From contig MU055864.1 in assembly GCA_013239625.1 (NCBI GenBank), forward strand, positions 1,826,307 to 1,890,306: 64,000 bases of DNA, in the 5' to 3' direction. How positions within the stretch are numbered: position 1 is the first letter of the stretch; every line of letters begins with the position of its first letter. Both the position numbers and the translations under genes were made by a program. The notes under the pieces are model-generated. The model saw only the letters and a list, made by a program, of their open reading frames with translations. It was not told the origin of the DNA and ran no database searches. This DNA is from Lama guanicoe (Eukaryota). Shown one piece after another: positions 1-12,232 of the stretch.

Positions 1-1229
1 TCTTGGATAGCTTGTAGCTATGCTCAGATTCTTAATTCAGGCAAATAACTTCTCTCTAGAACAGAAACCCAAATAATGTCTTCATTATGTTCAGGATTAG
101 TTAAATGAAGAAATCTGGTAACTTCTGAAAGAGAAAACTGACAGATGTTTGGGAATAACAAGACCAGTGGAGAAGAGAGACTAACCTAAATGAGCAACTG
201 ATGAGACAGACGGGGCTACTGATCGTAGGGAAGACGAGGCTCAGAAACAGACACAGCAGAGACACAGGCAGAGACGGGTGGTGCCTCTGCGTTTCTCCTA
301 CCCTCTCACTGCAGGACTCTGGGCTGAGTATGGCTGTATTTCTCTGAATAAGAAGAGGGTTTTACACAGCAGATTCTTCCAAATGCCTCTTGAATAAATG
401 ATTAAATGGAAGTTTTATACTTTCACTCAGTTTAGGCCTTAAGATAATGACATGAAATTTAAATGATCCAAAAAGGACCATGTTTGAAAACAGTGAAAAA
501 ATTTTCATCACATACCCAGAAAATAGGCTATCAGCCAAAATCATATAGCAGAATTAAAAATGGCACTGAACCAATTTCATGGTAATTTATTGTCAGATGC
601 AAGCAAGACCAGTTTTGTGTGGGAACAGTAAATCATTAATATTTAGCCCTCACTAGATTTAGTTTTTATTAGTAATCTTAGGAAAATTTAAGTGAAACAG
701 TCCTGTTTTTGTCTTCAGCAAACCAGTAATTCTTACGCATATCTAATTCTTATCTTCTGTGCAGATTGGCTATAATTTGGTGATGAATGTTATTATATTC
801 ATTAAAGTTTTCTTAAACACATGCTTTGCTGGAAAGTGAAGAAAAACGTCTCCCCATGTAGACTGTTGCTTAAAGACTAGAAGCATCTCTCCTATTATCA
901 TTTGAAATGTACAGGGCTGGTAACATATGTATCATTTTGATGATGCTTTTCACTGCTGAAAACTGGCACCGACCTATTACTTAACTGGCCTTGTTGGTAT
1001 GTTATGGACTTTTCTTTTTCTCTTACTTTTTTTGTTGTAGGAAGATAAGAAACCAGTTAAAACCTAACCACTTGCTTCAGCAAAGATGGGAAGATAGGTC
1101 TCTCCTGAGTTCACAGGAAAGAGCCGTGTCTCCTGTGTCAGATGGGCAGGATGCATCAGTTTCGAGGCGCAGGAACTTCTAGTTTTCCTTTCTGAGTAAG
1201 AGGTACGCTTATTTCCTGTCCCTGAAGGG

Positions 1230-1525
1230 CCCTCATTTGCCCCCTTCCACATGCCCACATACCTAATAATCCCTTAAAACTTGTTTCAAACACGACTTTC
1301 TTTGTTTGGTTCCTTCAGACCCAGGTTTGGACTTGACATCGTCCCCCTGCATCTCCATCACACTGTGTACCCCTCTATCATAACCCCCGTAGCACTGAGC
1401 TGTCTGTCTGCCCTTCCCAACAACGTGTGTAAGATACTGGAGTGAAGGAGACAGAGAGTGAGTCAGCCTAGAGCCTACTGCAGCAGCGCCTGAACATGGA
1501 AACTAACACATAAACGTGGAACGGG
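1230..1525 (+). mobile_element. L2 LINE 3' end relic
   Basis: Degenerate L2 3' motifs (ctgtctgtctgcccttccc...gtaagatactggag...gcagcgcctgaacatgg...cataaacgt). Confidence 0.55.
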
Positions 1526-3008
1526 GAGGTACAGGTGATTTGCAGTTGGTTCCCAGAAATTAATACACATTCTAGAACCAAATGCAGATCATCTGGGGAG
1601 GAGTCACTTGCTGGCTGTTTGGAAATCTCTATTCATCCCCATGTTAAGTGGCAGTTGTAACTTCTGCTACTCAAAGCTTGATTATCTACAGAAAATGTAT
1701 CCTTGACTAGAAAGGGGAAGGGAGAAATTTCAAATATGATTCTCTGTCAAACTTCAGTAATTCTAAAATACCTCCATTCAAAAGCGTTTCTTGTTTTATT
1801 AAACTGTCTTTTTCTTTTAACCTCACTAGTGGCACTCAGGCCAAAACTGAAGTCCTGTATAAATTCCTTTGATTCTATATATGATAAACATGTGATCAAA
1901 CTTTTATTTTCTATAGAGACGGCAACAGACTCTTAGAAAAGGTCAACTGAGGGCCAGGGAGCTACCTTACGAGTCACCTAAGTTTATTCCATCTTCTATG
2001 CACGTAATCATAACTTATTTTCCTTACTTTAATAGCAGATTAAATTTTCAGATTCAATGTAGTCTGCTTTACCCTCCCATTCTCTCCTTCTGTGAATGAG
2101 AAGGAGAAAGCATATGAAAGCAGATGAGGCCAAAGGGAAAACTGTTTCCGCCTGTCTCCCAAAGTAACAAGTGACGAACAGCAAAAAGTGACAGAACCAG
2201 CGAATGTGCTGCTCTTTAGCCTAACAAGAATTTGCAGCAAAATGCTTTATTATGGAGGTTAGTAGATGACACAAGAGCTTAAAGCAATTCAGAGAAAATA
2301 AGAAAGAACACAAATCAACACTTACAGAGAGCCTGACGATGATGGGAAAATGATGTGAAAACATTACCAAAAAAAAAAGACAGAAAAGGATCCTCTGCAC
2401 CAATGCCGAAGCCCAGCTCCCGAGGGTGCGCGCATGTGATGGGAAGCCGGCACCAGGAGGGGATCCTTAACAGACACCAGCAGAACACTTGCTGTCCACT
2501 GTTAAGCTTCTCATAGGAACACTTGTGAAGCAGGCAACTTTGGGGGGAAAAGACACCATCGAGAACTTTCATCTTAGTCGTGTTCCCATAAGGCCTAAAA
2601 GCAGTTTCTCTCCATGCCACAATCACGAGGTGCTTGGGAATAGAAAGGAAAACACGAAAGAGGAGAGCTCTGTGCTGGAATGTGGAAATGTGTCCAGGGC
2701 CGTGGTCAGATGTCTAAGCCTGAGCCTGAAGCCACACAAAGCTCTAAAGGCTGCTTCCCTGGACGGAGCCACGTTTATTACAGAAACATCTGACAATTGC
2801 TCAGAGCATGGAGCTGAATTCTGCCAACAACCCCAAGGAGCCTGGAAGCGTATACATTTGGGATGGTTTAAGCTGCTATGTGTGGTACTTCGTTATGCCC
2901 TCAACTGAACACCAAAACAAACACCAAGGCCAATTAGTCTATTCCTCTCTACTAGAAGAACCTCCAGGAAGCACAGCAATTAATGGGATGTGATCCATGA
3001 AAAAATTA

Positions 3009-3106
3009 GGTGTATATATATATATATATTTAATCACACAATGGTTCCTATATATATGGGTGTATATATATTTAATCATACAATGTTCCATATATAAATA
3101 TATATG
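3009..3106. repeat. Two-copy ~45-bp tandem repeat containing (TA)n
   Basis: ggtgtatatata..tttaatcacacaatggttcctatatatatg is followed by ggtgtatatatatttaatcatacaatgttccatatata. Confidence 0.85.
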
Positions 3107-3639
3107 CTTCAAGCTTAAGAAGCTAAGTGATCAGGAAGGAGCTCCAGGTTATCAACACTGGGGTCAGGAGTCTCACGCGGAGAACGCAGGAACCCCCGGA
3201 GCTAACCAAGCGAAATGGCAGGCAGGCTGGGGGAGGGATGCTGGCAGAGAGGACGGAGGACAGCTGGAGCCATGACCAGGATGAGACCCAGGCTGAGTCT
3301 TCAGATAACAAGAAAGGTCTGGGTAGACGGGTACCTGATCTATAGGGAAGAGCTGTGAAAGGATGCGTAATGTAAGGGATCATGTACAGGCTGATGTGAC
3401 TTAAAGGGACACACTCTTGGAGCGGCAAGAGTGAATTTCATCAATAGTCTTCCACTGCACAGCTTCTGAGAGAGAAAAAAAAGACAAAAAAGGAGGAAGA
3501 AGTCCCCTTCAGCAATGGGGTGTGGGAGGGGAAAAGAAGAAAAAGGAGAAAGTCCAGCATCCTGTAACACAAAAGGATGCCACGTTTCAGAGATCTCACA
3601 CTCCCTGCCCCATCACCAAAGCAAACAAAACCCTTGCTA

Positions 3640-4170
3640 CATACACTGCCTGGACCTTGTTAAACTGACTGCAAAGGGTAGATTAAACTAGGTCTCTTAA
3701 AACACCCACTGTCATCAGAATCAACACAGGAAATAGAAGTCCACAGAGAACTATGGCAGAAAATCAAAACATGAAAATTCACACAAATTCAAATCAATTT
3801 AGGAAAATTGTCTCTCACCCCACCTCATTCCCTAAAAATGACAGCATGAAGCAGAAGACAACTGTACGTGTACAGTCCAGAAACCACTGAATACATTCAA
3901 ACAAGCATTCATGGGTATAAAAAAACCCAGTTTGAATTAGAAACTCAAAAACTAAGAATGGAAGTGAACACCAGCCAAAAAAACAGGACAAATGAAGAGC
4001 GGAATGAATCTCGAAAAGAAGTGAAAGAAAAAGACAAAAATAAACCCTGAAATGACAAATACATTACAAGGTGTTTAAGGAAAAATAGACTCCAATGAAA
4101 ACTTATTAAGAGGCATTCACCAAAGTGAGAAAATCAAACAGTTATGAAGAAAGAAGTAAAAAGGAGAAAA
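3640..4170 (+). mobile_element. HAL1 / old L1 ORF1-like relic
   Basis: A-rich, coiled-coil-like coding relic; aaagacaaaaataaaccctgaaatgacaaatacattacaaggtg...aatagactccaatgaaaac resembles the HAL1 consensus as recalled. Confidence 0.6.
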
Positions 4171-4189
4171 GCAGTGGCAGTGGGTGCCG

Positions 4190-4800
4190 GGCAAAAATAG
4201 TGGTGACTTGAACCAGCGCAGCAGAGTGGGCATGAGAACTGTCACATTTAGAACATACCCGTGAGAACTCTGCTATTTGCGAGTTTGCAGTATCTGCAGT
4301 ATCTGGAGCATGAGGGTAAGAGAGAGATTAAAGATGAACACAGAGTGTTTTGCCTGTGTAACTGGGAACATGGAATTATCTTCTAGTGAAATGGTGAAGA
4401 CTGGGAGAAGCAGATTTGGAAGAAAATAAGAGCTCAGTTTTAGAAGTAAGTTTTAGATGCTTATTAGATACAGAAATGGAAAGATTAGTAGGCAAGTGGA
4501 ATAGATCAGGCTGGTGTTTAGAACAGAGGTTTAGACTGGACTTATAAGTGTGGGGTCAACAGCATACAGCTGTGGTTTGAAGTCATGTGTCCACGTAAGA
4601 CCACCAACCAGTTTGAGTTGATGGAAAAAAAAACAAGACATCTAAAGGCCAAGACCTGGGACTCTCCCACAATTAGAGATCTGGGAGGCAGAAAGGGGGC
4701 TTAGTGTAACAGACATTCAAGTAAGAAGAAACCAAAAAGGGTATATTAACATGCTGGGAGCCAAGGGCAAACAGCTTTTCAAGGAGGGGAGCATGACTGC
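4190..4800 (-). mobile_element. L2 LINE fragment
   Basis: Typical antisense L2 signature (ggtgaagactgggagaagcagatttgg...gagctcagttttag...ggggtcaacagcatacag...gaagtcatg). Confidence 0.8.
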
Positions 4801-4811
4801 TTCATTTGATT

Positions 4812-5490
4812 GTTTTTTTCAGCTTTACTGAGATACATCTGACAAGTAAAGTTGTAATATATATAAAGCGTACAGTGTGATGATTTGAGAGACACACACA
4901 CATACACACATTGTGAAAAGGACTCCAACAATCAAGCTAATTAACACATCCACCACCTTACATCTTTTAGTTGTTTCTGTTTGTTTTGGTGAGAGCACTG
5001 AAGTTCTACTCCATTAGCAACTGTGGACTATGCAATACAGCATTATTAACTACAGTCACTGTGCTGTACATTAGATCCTCACACCTTATTCATCTTACTA
5101 CTGGAAGTTTGTACCCTTTTACCAGCCTCTCCTCCTTTCTCCCACCCCCCAGCCCCTGATAACCACCATCCTACTCTTCGTTTCTATGAGTCCAACTTAA
5201 AAAAAAAATCCACATATAAGTGATACCATGCAGAATCTGTCTTTCTCTGCCTGGCTTATCTCATTTACCATAATTCCCTCAAGGTATTTCTTTCTTTTTA
5301 AAGACTGAAAGTATTCCATTGTATGTATGCCACATTTTCTTTATCCATTCATCTCTCGATGGACACTTAGGTTTTTCTGTATCTTGGCTACTGTAAAAAA
5401 TGCTGTAATGAACATGAAACTAAAGCTATCTCTTTGAGATAAATATTTCTTTTTCTTTATATATATAAAACCAGAAGTGAGAATGCTGGA
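4812..5490 (-). mobile_element. L1 (L1MA-like) 3' end, running into the gap
   Basis: T-rich start, then antisense L1 3'UTR motifs (caagctaattaacacatccacc, tccacatataagtgataccatgcag, gtattccattgtatgtatgccacattttctttatccattcat). Confidence 0.9.
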
Positions 5491-5630
5491 NNNNNNNNNN
5501 NNNNNNNNNNNNNNNNNNNNNNNNNNNNNNNNNNNNNNNNNNNNNNNNNNNNNNNNNNNNNNNNNNNNNNNNNNNNNNNNNNNNNNNNNNNNNNNNNNNN
5601 NNNNNNNNNNNNNNNNNNNNNNNNNNNNNN
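5491..5630. other. Assembly gap (140 N)
   Basis: Run of N. Confidence 1.
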
Positions 5631-5815
5631 TTGCCTGTTACATATTCGGTCTATTAATTTTCTACAAAGGCATCAAAAATATGCAAAGAAAAAAGGAAAA
5701 TCTCATAAACGGTGTTGGGAAAACTGGATTTCCACCTGCACAGGAATGAAAGGTGGCCCTGATGTCAGGCCGGCATTCCCAAACATTAGATGGCAAAAAT
5801 AAAACTCAGTGTGTC
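5631..5815 (+). mobile_element. L1 ORF2 fragment
   Basis: Encodes LIFYKGIKNMQRKKENL..., then tgttgggaaaactggatttccacctgc (CWENWISTC), matching L1 ORF2 [25 protein letters not shown]. Confidence 0.8.
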
Positions 5816-8384
5816 CCAAGTGGACCCTGCTGACTGCTGGGTAGGAGACCCCAGCAATAGACAGTTCTGCATGGGTCATGCTGGTGGCCGCCAGGCTGCA
5901 GTCAGGAGGAGGCAGCACCTCGGTACTCAAGCCCGGGTCTGCGCGGTTAAGAGGTTCCCCGCAGGTCTCCCCAGAGAGCTCACAACTCTGCCCTGAAGAC
6001 AACGGGCGGCTCGGAGGCCATGCACGTCCGCGAGAGGACGGCACCCAGGCTGCGGACCAAAGAGGTGTCAGTGCCTCGTCCTCTATCCTTTTTCTCAGGA
6101 CTCAACACAACAGTGAAGCCAGAGTTTGGGGAGAAGGAGATCACAGAAAGATTATGCCGCATCTTCCCCAAGGCTGGGAGAGGGAGAGGCAGACCTATCA
6201 CTTGGATCTGAGATGCAAGTCTGAGTTCTTGGATTTTAAGACCAGAAAGCAGACAGGAGATCACGATCTGGTGAAGGAGCAGGAAAGGGCAACTGGACAA
6301 GATGCGGCAGAAGGCGACGACCGAGAGGAAACACCAAACCCCCAAATGCAGACTCTTTTCCATTCTGGTTCCATGTAGGTCCCGCAGTCACATTCTGATT
6401 GAAAAGAAATACCCTTGCTCAAAATAACTTCCTTAACAGAGAGCAAGAAAATATGATAAAATCACTTTTTAAACTATTAAGAGATTTTATACAAGTACGG
6501 AGAGGCTTAGCAGACAGAAGTGTTCAGGAAATACTGTCCAACAGGAATGTCTGATTTTATTAAAAGCTCCACTTCAGTCAATACAAAACACATTACTGTG
6601 GCAGAAGGGTAGTAAAATCCCCGGATTCTTATTAGAACACTACATCTCCAGAACTTCTTAGTTAAAACGTTCCAAACAGCAGCGTTTCACATGTTTGTAC
6701 CGTCCCAATCAGCCTGCGGGTGACACAGGGACCACTCAGTTATCATCTCTCACTGGGACCTGTTCCCATATTCCAGGCAGAGTTAGATTCAAGGGACTTC
6801 CTATGCTCCACTGATCTGTGAATCCTAAATTCTCTCGCAGGTTGTTAAAATAAAACTGCTGAAGTCATGGCCCTGGAGCAGAGCAGGACTTGTAGGATGG
6901 GGTGAAGGCAGAGCCGTCTCAGAGCACAGCCCGGTTCAGGGATTTCCCTGCGACTAAAGGAACTGGCTGGATCCAGCCCAGTGCTTAACGATGTCCCTAC
7001 TGGTGACACTGCCCAGCGTATCTGCAGGGAGAAGCTGGCTTTCACCTTCTCCTTTTTGTTAATAACTGCACTATCTTTTAAGTCACTTGAGAATGAAACA
7101 CTGTCCCAAGGAGATAGCGTGAAATAATTTCTTAAAGGCTCAGGGATGGTTCCAAAAAAGCATCCTTTGATTTTCTTCATTAGCTTTGAAACCAAGAAGA
7201 AAAATGTCACCTTGAAGGCTGGATCCACCCTATTGCTTAAATTCATTTGTCCCCAGTAAGTGTTTCTATGAAAGCAACAATTTCCAATTGGCTAGAAAGT
7301 CAGTTTCCTTTCGTACAGCTGTTTTGATTACTGCAGAGGTGGCAACAGGGCAGTGCCACATTGGCAGGGCATGAGAGATGAGTCTTCAAATAATTACCAA
7401 TTTGCTTATTTACGGATCACAGTTGATTTTTTACCAAAGTACAGATTTTCCAACTAACTATTAAAAGTCTCATTGGAAATCAACTGCTGCACACTCATGC
7501 AAGATTTGGTTCGATCAGAATGGATCAGTGTGAGACTGTGCAAGAATCTTTTCTATTTTCTATCTGTTCAAAGGAAATATCCATCACCCAACAAGGAAGC
7601 GAAGACAAAAGACCCAAACAAACAAGAGGGACAGAGCCTAAAATCTGGGGAACATAGTTAGGGTAGAAGAAAAACATTTTCACGGAAAGACCTTCTTGTA
7701 AGAAACAGAGGTAAAGAAAGCAGTAAATTACATCAGGAGTAAGCACTCTAAAATTACCTAAGGTAAATGTACATCCTGATTAAAATGTGAGAGACTCAAG
7801 ACAGAACTTGGGTGAAATAAGAGAAGAGAGACAGGAGAAGGCAAAGATTAGCTCTTGGAATTCTAAATCACAATACTGTGGGGAGATTAAATTCTGGGTT
7901 TATTTAGAAGAACTACAGTGAAAACAGGCCAGCTGACCCCTCTTCTGATTACTGTTTATTTCTGTGCTAAGCCCAGAAGTCAGCCTCTCACAGTCGTCAC
8001 AAGGCAGGTATAGCTGAGATAACTGAGATTTCTGATTCGATGGACAAGTACGCAGACCTTTGTAGTGTGTGTTTAGAGTTAGGGGTGACGGGTGACAATC
8101 TACGTCATGTATTTTATGTAAGCTTTCCATTTTTCCTTTACATAATCATATGTGTGTTTGTATTCAGTTTTAAAAATTAATTCAGTAAATGAAGTTATAA
8201 TTTAATTAACAATTATTTAAGGTAGGAAAACCAAAATTAACTGGATGATCATTAATCATCTCACATTTTGATATTCTCTGATAAGAATAAGCTAAAACTA
8301 AATCTTAGAGCCATTATTCCAACAACTGCACAGAAAAGAACCTCGAATGATCATTACAGAGTGTAAGAGAAAAGGGCTCTTCTG

Positions 8385-9108
8385 TCTTTAACCTTTTGAT
8401 CCTCCTTCACCCTCATTTTGCTTTCTGTTTTTGTTTCTTTAGATTTCACATTTAAGAGAGATCACAAGGCATCTGTCTCTCTCTGACTTATTTCACTCAG
8501 TACAACACCCTTGAGGTCCATTCATGCTGTTGCAAATGGTAAGATTTCATTCTTTTTTATGGCTGAATAACATTCCCTATGTATCTGACAACTTCTGTAT
8601 ATATCTCACAATTTCTGTGTATATTACATATATCACAGTTTCTTTATCCATTCAACCATCAATGGACACTTTGATTGTTTTTATGTGTTGGCTATTGCAA
8701 AAGCGCTGCAATGAACATGGGTTGCATGTATCTTTTTGAGTTAGTGTTTTCATTTTCTTCAAATACCTAGAAGTGGAAATGCCAGATCTTATGGTGGCTC
8801 TATTTTTAATTTTTTTTGAGAAAAGTCCATACTATTTTTCACAGTAGTTGCATCATATATGTTCCCACCAGCAGCCCACCAGGGTCCCTTTCCACCACAT
8901 CCTCTCCAATACTTGTTATTTCGTGTCTCTTTGATGACAGCCACTCTGGCAGGTGTGAGGTGTTATCTCATCGTGGTTCGGATTTGCCTTTCCGTCATGA
9001 TTAATGGTGCTAAGCATCTTTCCATCTGTTTGTTGGCCATCTGTATGTCTCCTTCGGAAAAATGTCTTTTCAGACTTCGGCCCATTTCTTTAAATGGATT
9101 ATTTTTGT
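8385..9108 (-). mobile_element. L1 3'UTR plus ORF2 C-terminus fragment
   Basis: Minus ORF 8963-9181 contains LKRHFSEGDIQMANKQMERCLAPLIMTERQIRTTMR, matching L1 ORF2 [36 protein letters not shown]; 3'UTR motifs are adjacent. Confidence 0.93.
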
Positions 9109-10324
9109 GCCACTGATTTGTATGGGATCCATCCAGATTAAGGTCCTTTTTAGCCATCTTCCAGGGCACGCCAAGACTCACCCTGGCTATAAAACTCGAG
9201 CAGGGCCTGTTCTTGCCGTCCTGACGCCCTCACTCCCAGCTCCACACCTAACGACCTGCTTGCTCTGTCTGTAGTGCCCTTGACGTGATCTCAGGCTGCT
9301 TAACTGAAAAAGTTCTGCTAGTAAAGATGAGCAATGTCCAATTTCTCAGGGAACTGATTCCTAAATAAAAACACAGAGAAGTATATTGTGCAGAAGCACA
9401 TAATATTATGTGATTATCTCCTTTGGCAAAATGATAGCATGTAGCCTTCTTTTTTCCATGTGTTCCTGGTAACTATCCCTTTCTTATGGACATTTTTTTT
9501 CAATGCTTTGCTGTGCCTCCTTTTTAAAAAATTACCTCATGTAGTAAGAAAGACCGGATGTTGCTGGTTTCTTCTGAGCAGGTCAGAGAGCAGGGAAAGA
9601 GTGGGGGGACCAGGGAGGCAGGAGGTGGAGCAGCAGGCGCTCAGGCTGACAGGAGCCCCCTTCGCCTCTGGGACCCAGAGGCTGCAGACCCAGATCCGGT
9701 GAGTAAATGTTTACATAGTTCTGCCGTTCGACTGCGGGCTGTGAAGAAAGTTTTCAAACTGTGTGTGTTTGGTTTTGATATGTTCTCCAATGTTCAGAGT
9801 AGGAAAAAATATCCCCTTAAGGGACCTGCACAGAACCACGCTGTAACCCTTAAGGGCTGGCCTTGGCCAGCTGCAGTCTGCTGAGGGAGAGTGTTCTGTA
9901 AGTATACGCAGGCTTACGTCTATAGCTGACCTAAATGTCAATCAGGAAAATTAAATGAATTCTTGGAAATCAAGCTGCCAGTTAACTTTTTCCCTTATTG
10001 ACAAAATTAAGAAATAAATGTGAAAAATAAATATTCTGAGTTTATTGACTAGCTTGTGCTGTATTCTGGAATAATGAAAAAAAGACACCAGAAAAAGTGA
10101 CATTTGCATTTGCGAAGAGAAGGGAGGAATACAGAGGAAATACTCGGAGATCTCAGTAGTGCAGCCAAGGAGGCAGGAGAACCCCTTGATTCTGATCAGG
10201 AAAACTGGTGAATAAAAGGCAATTCTTGACTTCAGTGTCTTTTTCCACGTTGTTCTGAAATCAATGAGCCCGTACTGTAATAACAATGGTAATCGTAATA
10301 CGGATGTCACGATTCTAAACATTA

Positions 10325-10565
10325 AAGCAATACTTGTTATTTTTAAAGTATTTACTGTGTACCAGATACCGTCCTAAAAAATTTACATGACACATAGTAA
10401 GCCAGGCAGGCACCCCATCAATGCTAAGAGCCAATGGCTGTTAGTTTCCCAGCCGTACAGCGGATGCAACTGAGACCCGAGCGTCTGAGGAAACTGCCCA
10501 GCCACCCCTCGAGCACGTGAAGCCCAGGAGCCACGCCCGGCAGTCGGCCCCAGAGCCCAGTCTCG
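10325..10565 (-). mobile_element. MIR SINE
   Basis: gtatttactgtgtaccagatacc...acagcggatgcaactgagaccc...aactgcccagccac...cagagccc is the antisense MIR core. Confidence 0.7.
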
Positions 10566-10569
10566 CCCG

Positions 10570-10890
10570 GTACATTTCTCTTTCATGTCTGATAGAATTC
10601 CAGGCTCAGTTCCAGGATTATGAGCTGCAGGTGAAGATCCCCCAGGATCAAAAATGAATCTGTCATTTCCCTCAGCTATTATCATTTTGAGTTTTGGCTC
10701 TCCTCTTCACTCTTGTTTCTCACCTTGGAAATCCTGTCAGATGTATGTTGGGCATTCTCATTCCACCTTTCGTATCTCGGTATTTTCAGCTCTTCATGTT
10801 TGGTGCTGCACTCTTGATTTCTTCAGATTCATCTTCTAATCACCTAGTGTTCTCTTCAGCCTAATTTATTTGACCATATCTAAAATTTTA
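10570..10890 (-). mobile_element. Old L1 (L1M5/L1ME-type) ORF1 relic
   Basis: tttctcaccttggaaatcctgtcagatgtatgttgggcattctcattcc...gatttcttcagattcatcttctaat...ttctcttcagc is typical antisense L1 ORF1. Confidence 0.55.
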
Positions 10891-11299
10891 CAGAAAGGAT
10901 CCAGTTTTGGGGGAGCAATTGCATTACACATGGGATAAAAGACATAAAAAGGTAGAGACAAATCCCCTGTGCGGCAAGGAGGTGTGTGATGAGAATCACA
11001 GGCTGAGGTGCGGGCCCGATCTGGCTCCTTTCCTATAGCAGGAGGCCTAGTAGAAAAGATGGGTGAGGACATGTGTACATTTTGTCGTGGGAAGTATTCT
11101 ACAATGACGCCTTCTATTGTTCCTGTGAAGTAGGAGAGAGAATCCTTTGTTGATCAATGATATGCTTTGTACGTCTTTCCACACTGAGTCCAAGACTCTT
11201 TTCTTTTTGTTTGTGAATGTCTGTGGCCAGAGTCCTCCATATTACGAGTATCTAAATTTCAACCACTCCTTTGATGAAGGGCATTTACATTCTCCAATA

Positions 11300-11870
11300 A
11301 ATACAGCATGGTCAGGGTGTTACAAAAAAAGAACAGTCAAAGAAAAAGGAATGGGTACTTGGCAATAAAGTACAATAACAGTGGTAGTAAAAAAAAAAAA
11401 AGATGAAGGGACTGGAGGTCAAAATCGGGAATATCAATATTTTATAGATAGTAAACCCAACAGACAAAGAGGTAAAAAACAGAAGCTGCAAAAACAGACT
11501 ATCAAGGCAGTTCAATATGTAATTAGTAAAAATTCCAAAATCAGTGGCCTGAGAAAAATAACAGAAGAAATTATCAAATAAATATTTTTTAAAAACTTCC
11601 AATAATTAAGGGCAGGAATCAAGTGCCCTTTTAGGACGTTGAAAATAGCAATGATTCAGGGATCTTCCAGTGAGGGGAAAACCTGTGCCACATACAAGGA
11701 TCACTTACCAAAAACAGCCTGTGAAGGCTCAGCTGCAGCCTCAGAGGCAAGAATGCAATGGAAAAACTGCCTTCAAAATTATAAGATAAATTATTCTCAA
11801 TCTAGAACTCTGTGTCCAAATGAATTATGGATTAATATTAGAGGAAAATCAATGGCTTTTCCTAACATCA
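11300..11870 (+). mobile_element. Old L1/HAL1 ORF1 relic
   Basis: A-rich; gcaagaatgcaatggaaaaactgccttcaaaatt...tctcaatctagaactctgtgtcca resembles the ORF1 C-terminal ARRQW..IFK.L....PRILYP. Confidence 0.6.
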
Positions 11871-11874
11871 TCAA

Positions 11875-12232
11875 CCAAGTTCCCATATATTCATGCATCT
11901 TTTCTGGACTTTTCATTCTGGCCCACGCTGTCACTGGTCTATTTTTTTACTTCTGTCCTCCAGAACATAGCTTTAATAACCATGGTTTCTTAATATGTTT
12001 TGATATCTCATAGGGCAAGGTTCCTCTTTTTTTTTTTTCAAAATTTTTTTGTTGATTCTTGCATATTTTCTTTCTTTTTTAAAATTTGGTAAGAACATTT
12101 GACATGAGATCTGCTTTCTTAATTTTTTACGTGTACGATATGTTTCTGTGAACTGAAGGCACCTTGTTGTGCAGAAGATTTCTAGAAGCTATTCATCTTT
12201 TATAACTGAAACTTTATACCTGCTCAATAGCA
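11875..12232 (-). mobile_element. L1 fragments (old ORF2 piece plus L1MA 3' end)
   Basis: tcccatatattcatgcatcttttctggac...ttttgatatctcatagggcaagg, then ggtaagaacatttgacatgagatct...ataactgaaactttatacc. Confidence 0.7.

Noticed and set aside
5477-5749. ORFs running through N stretches (also 25888-26248 and 56388-56600)
   Set aside because: Artefacts of assembly gaps.
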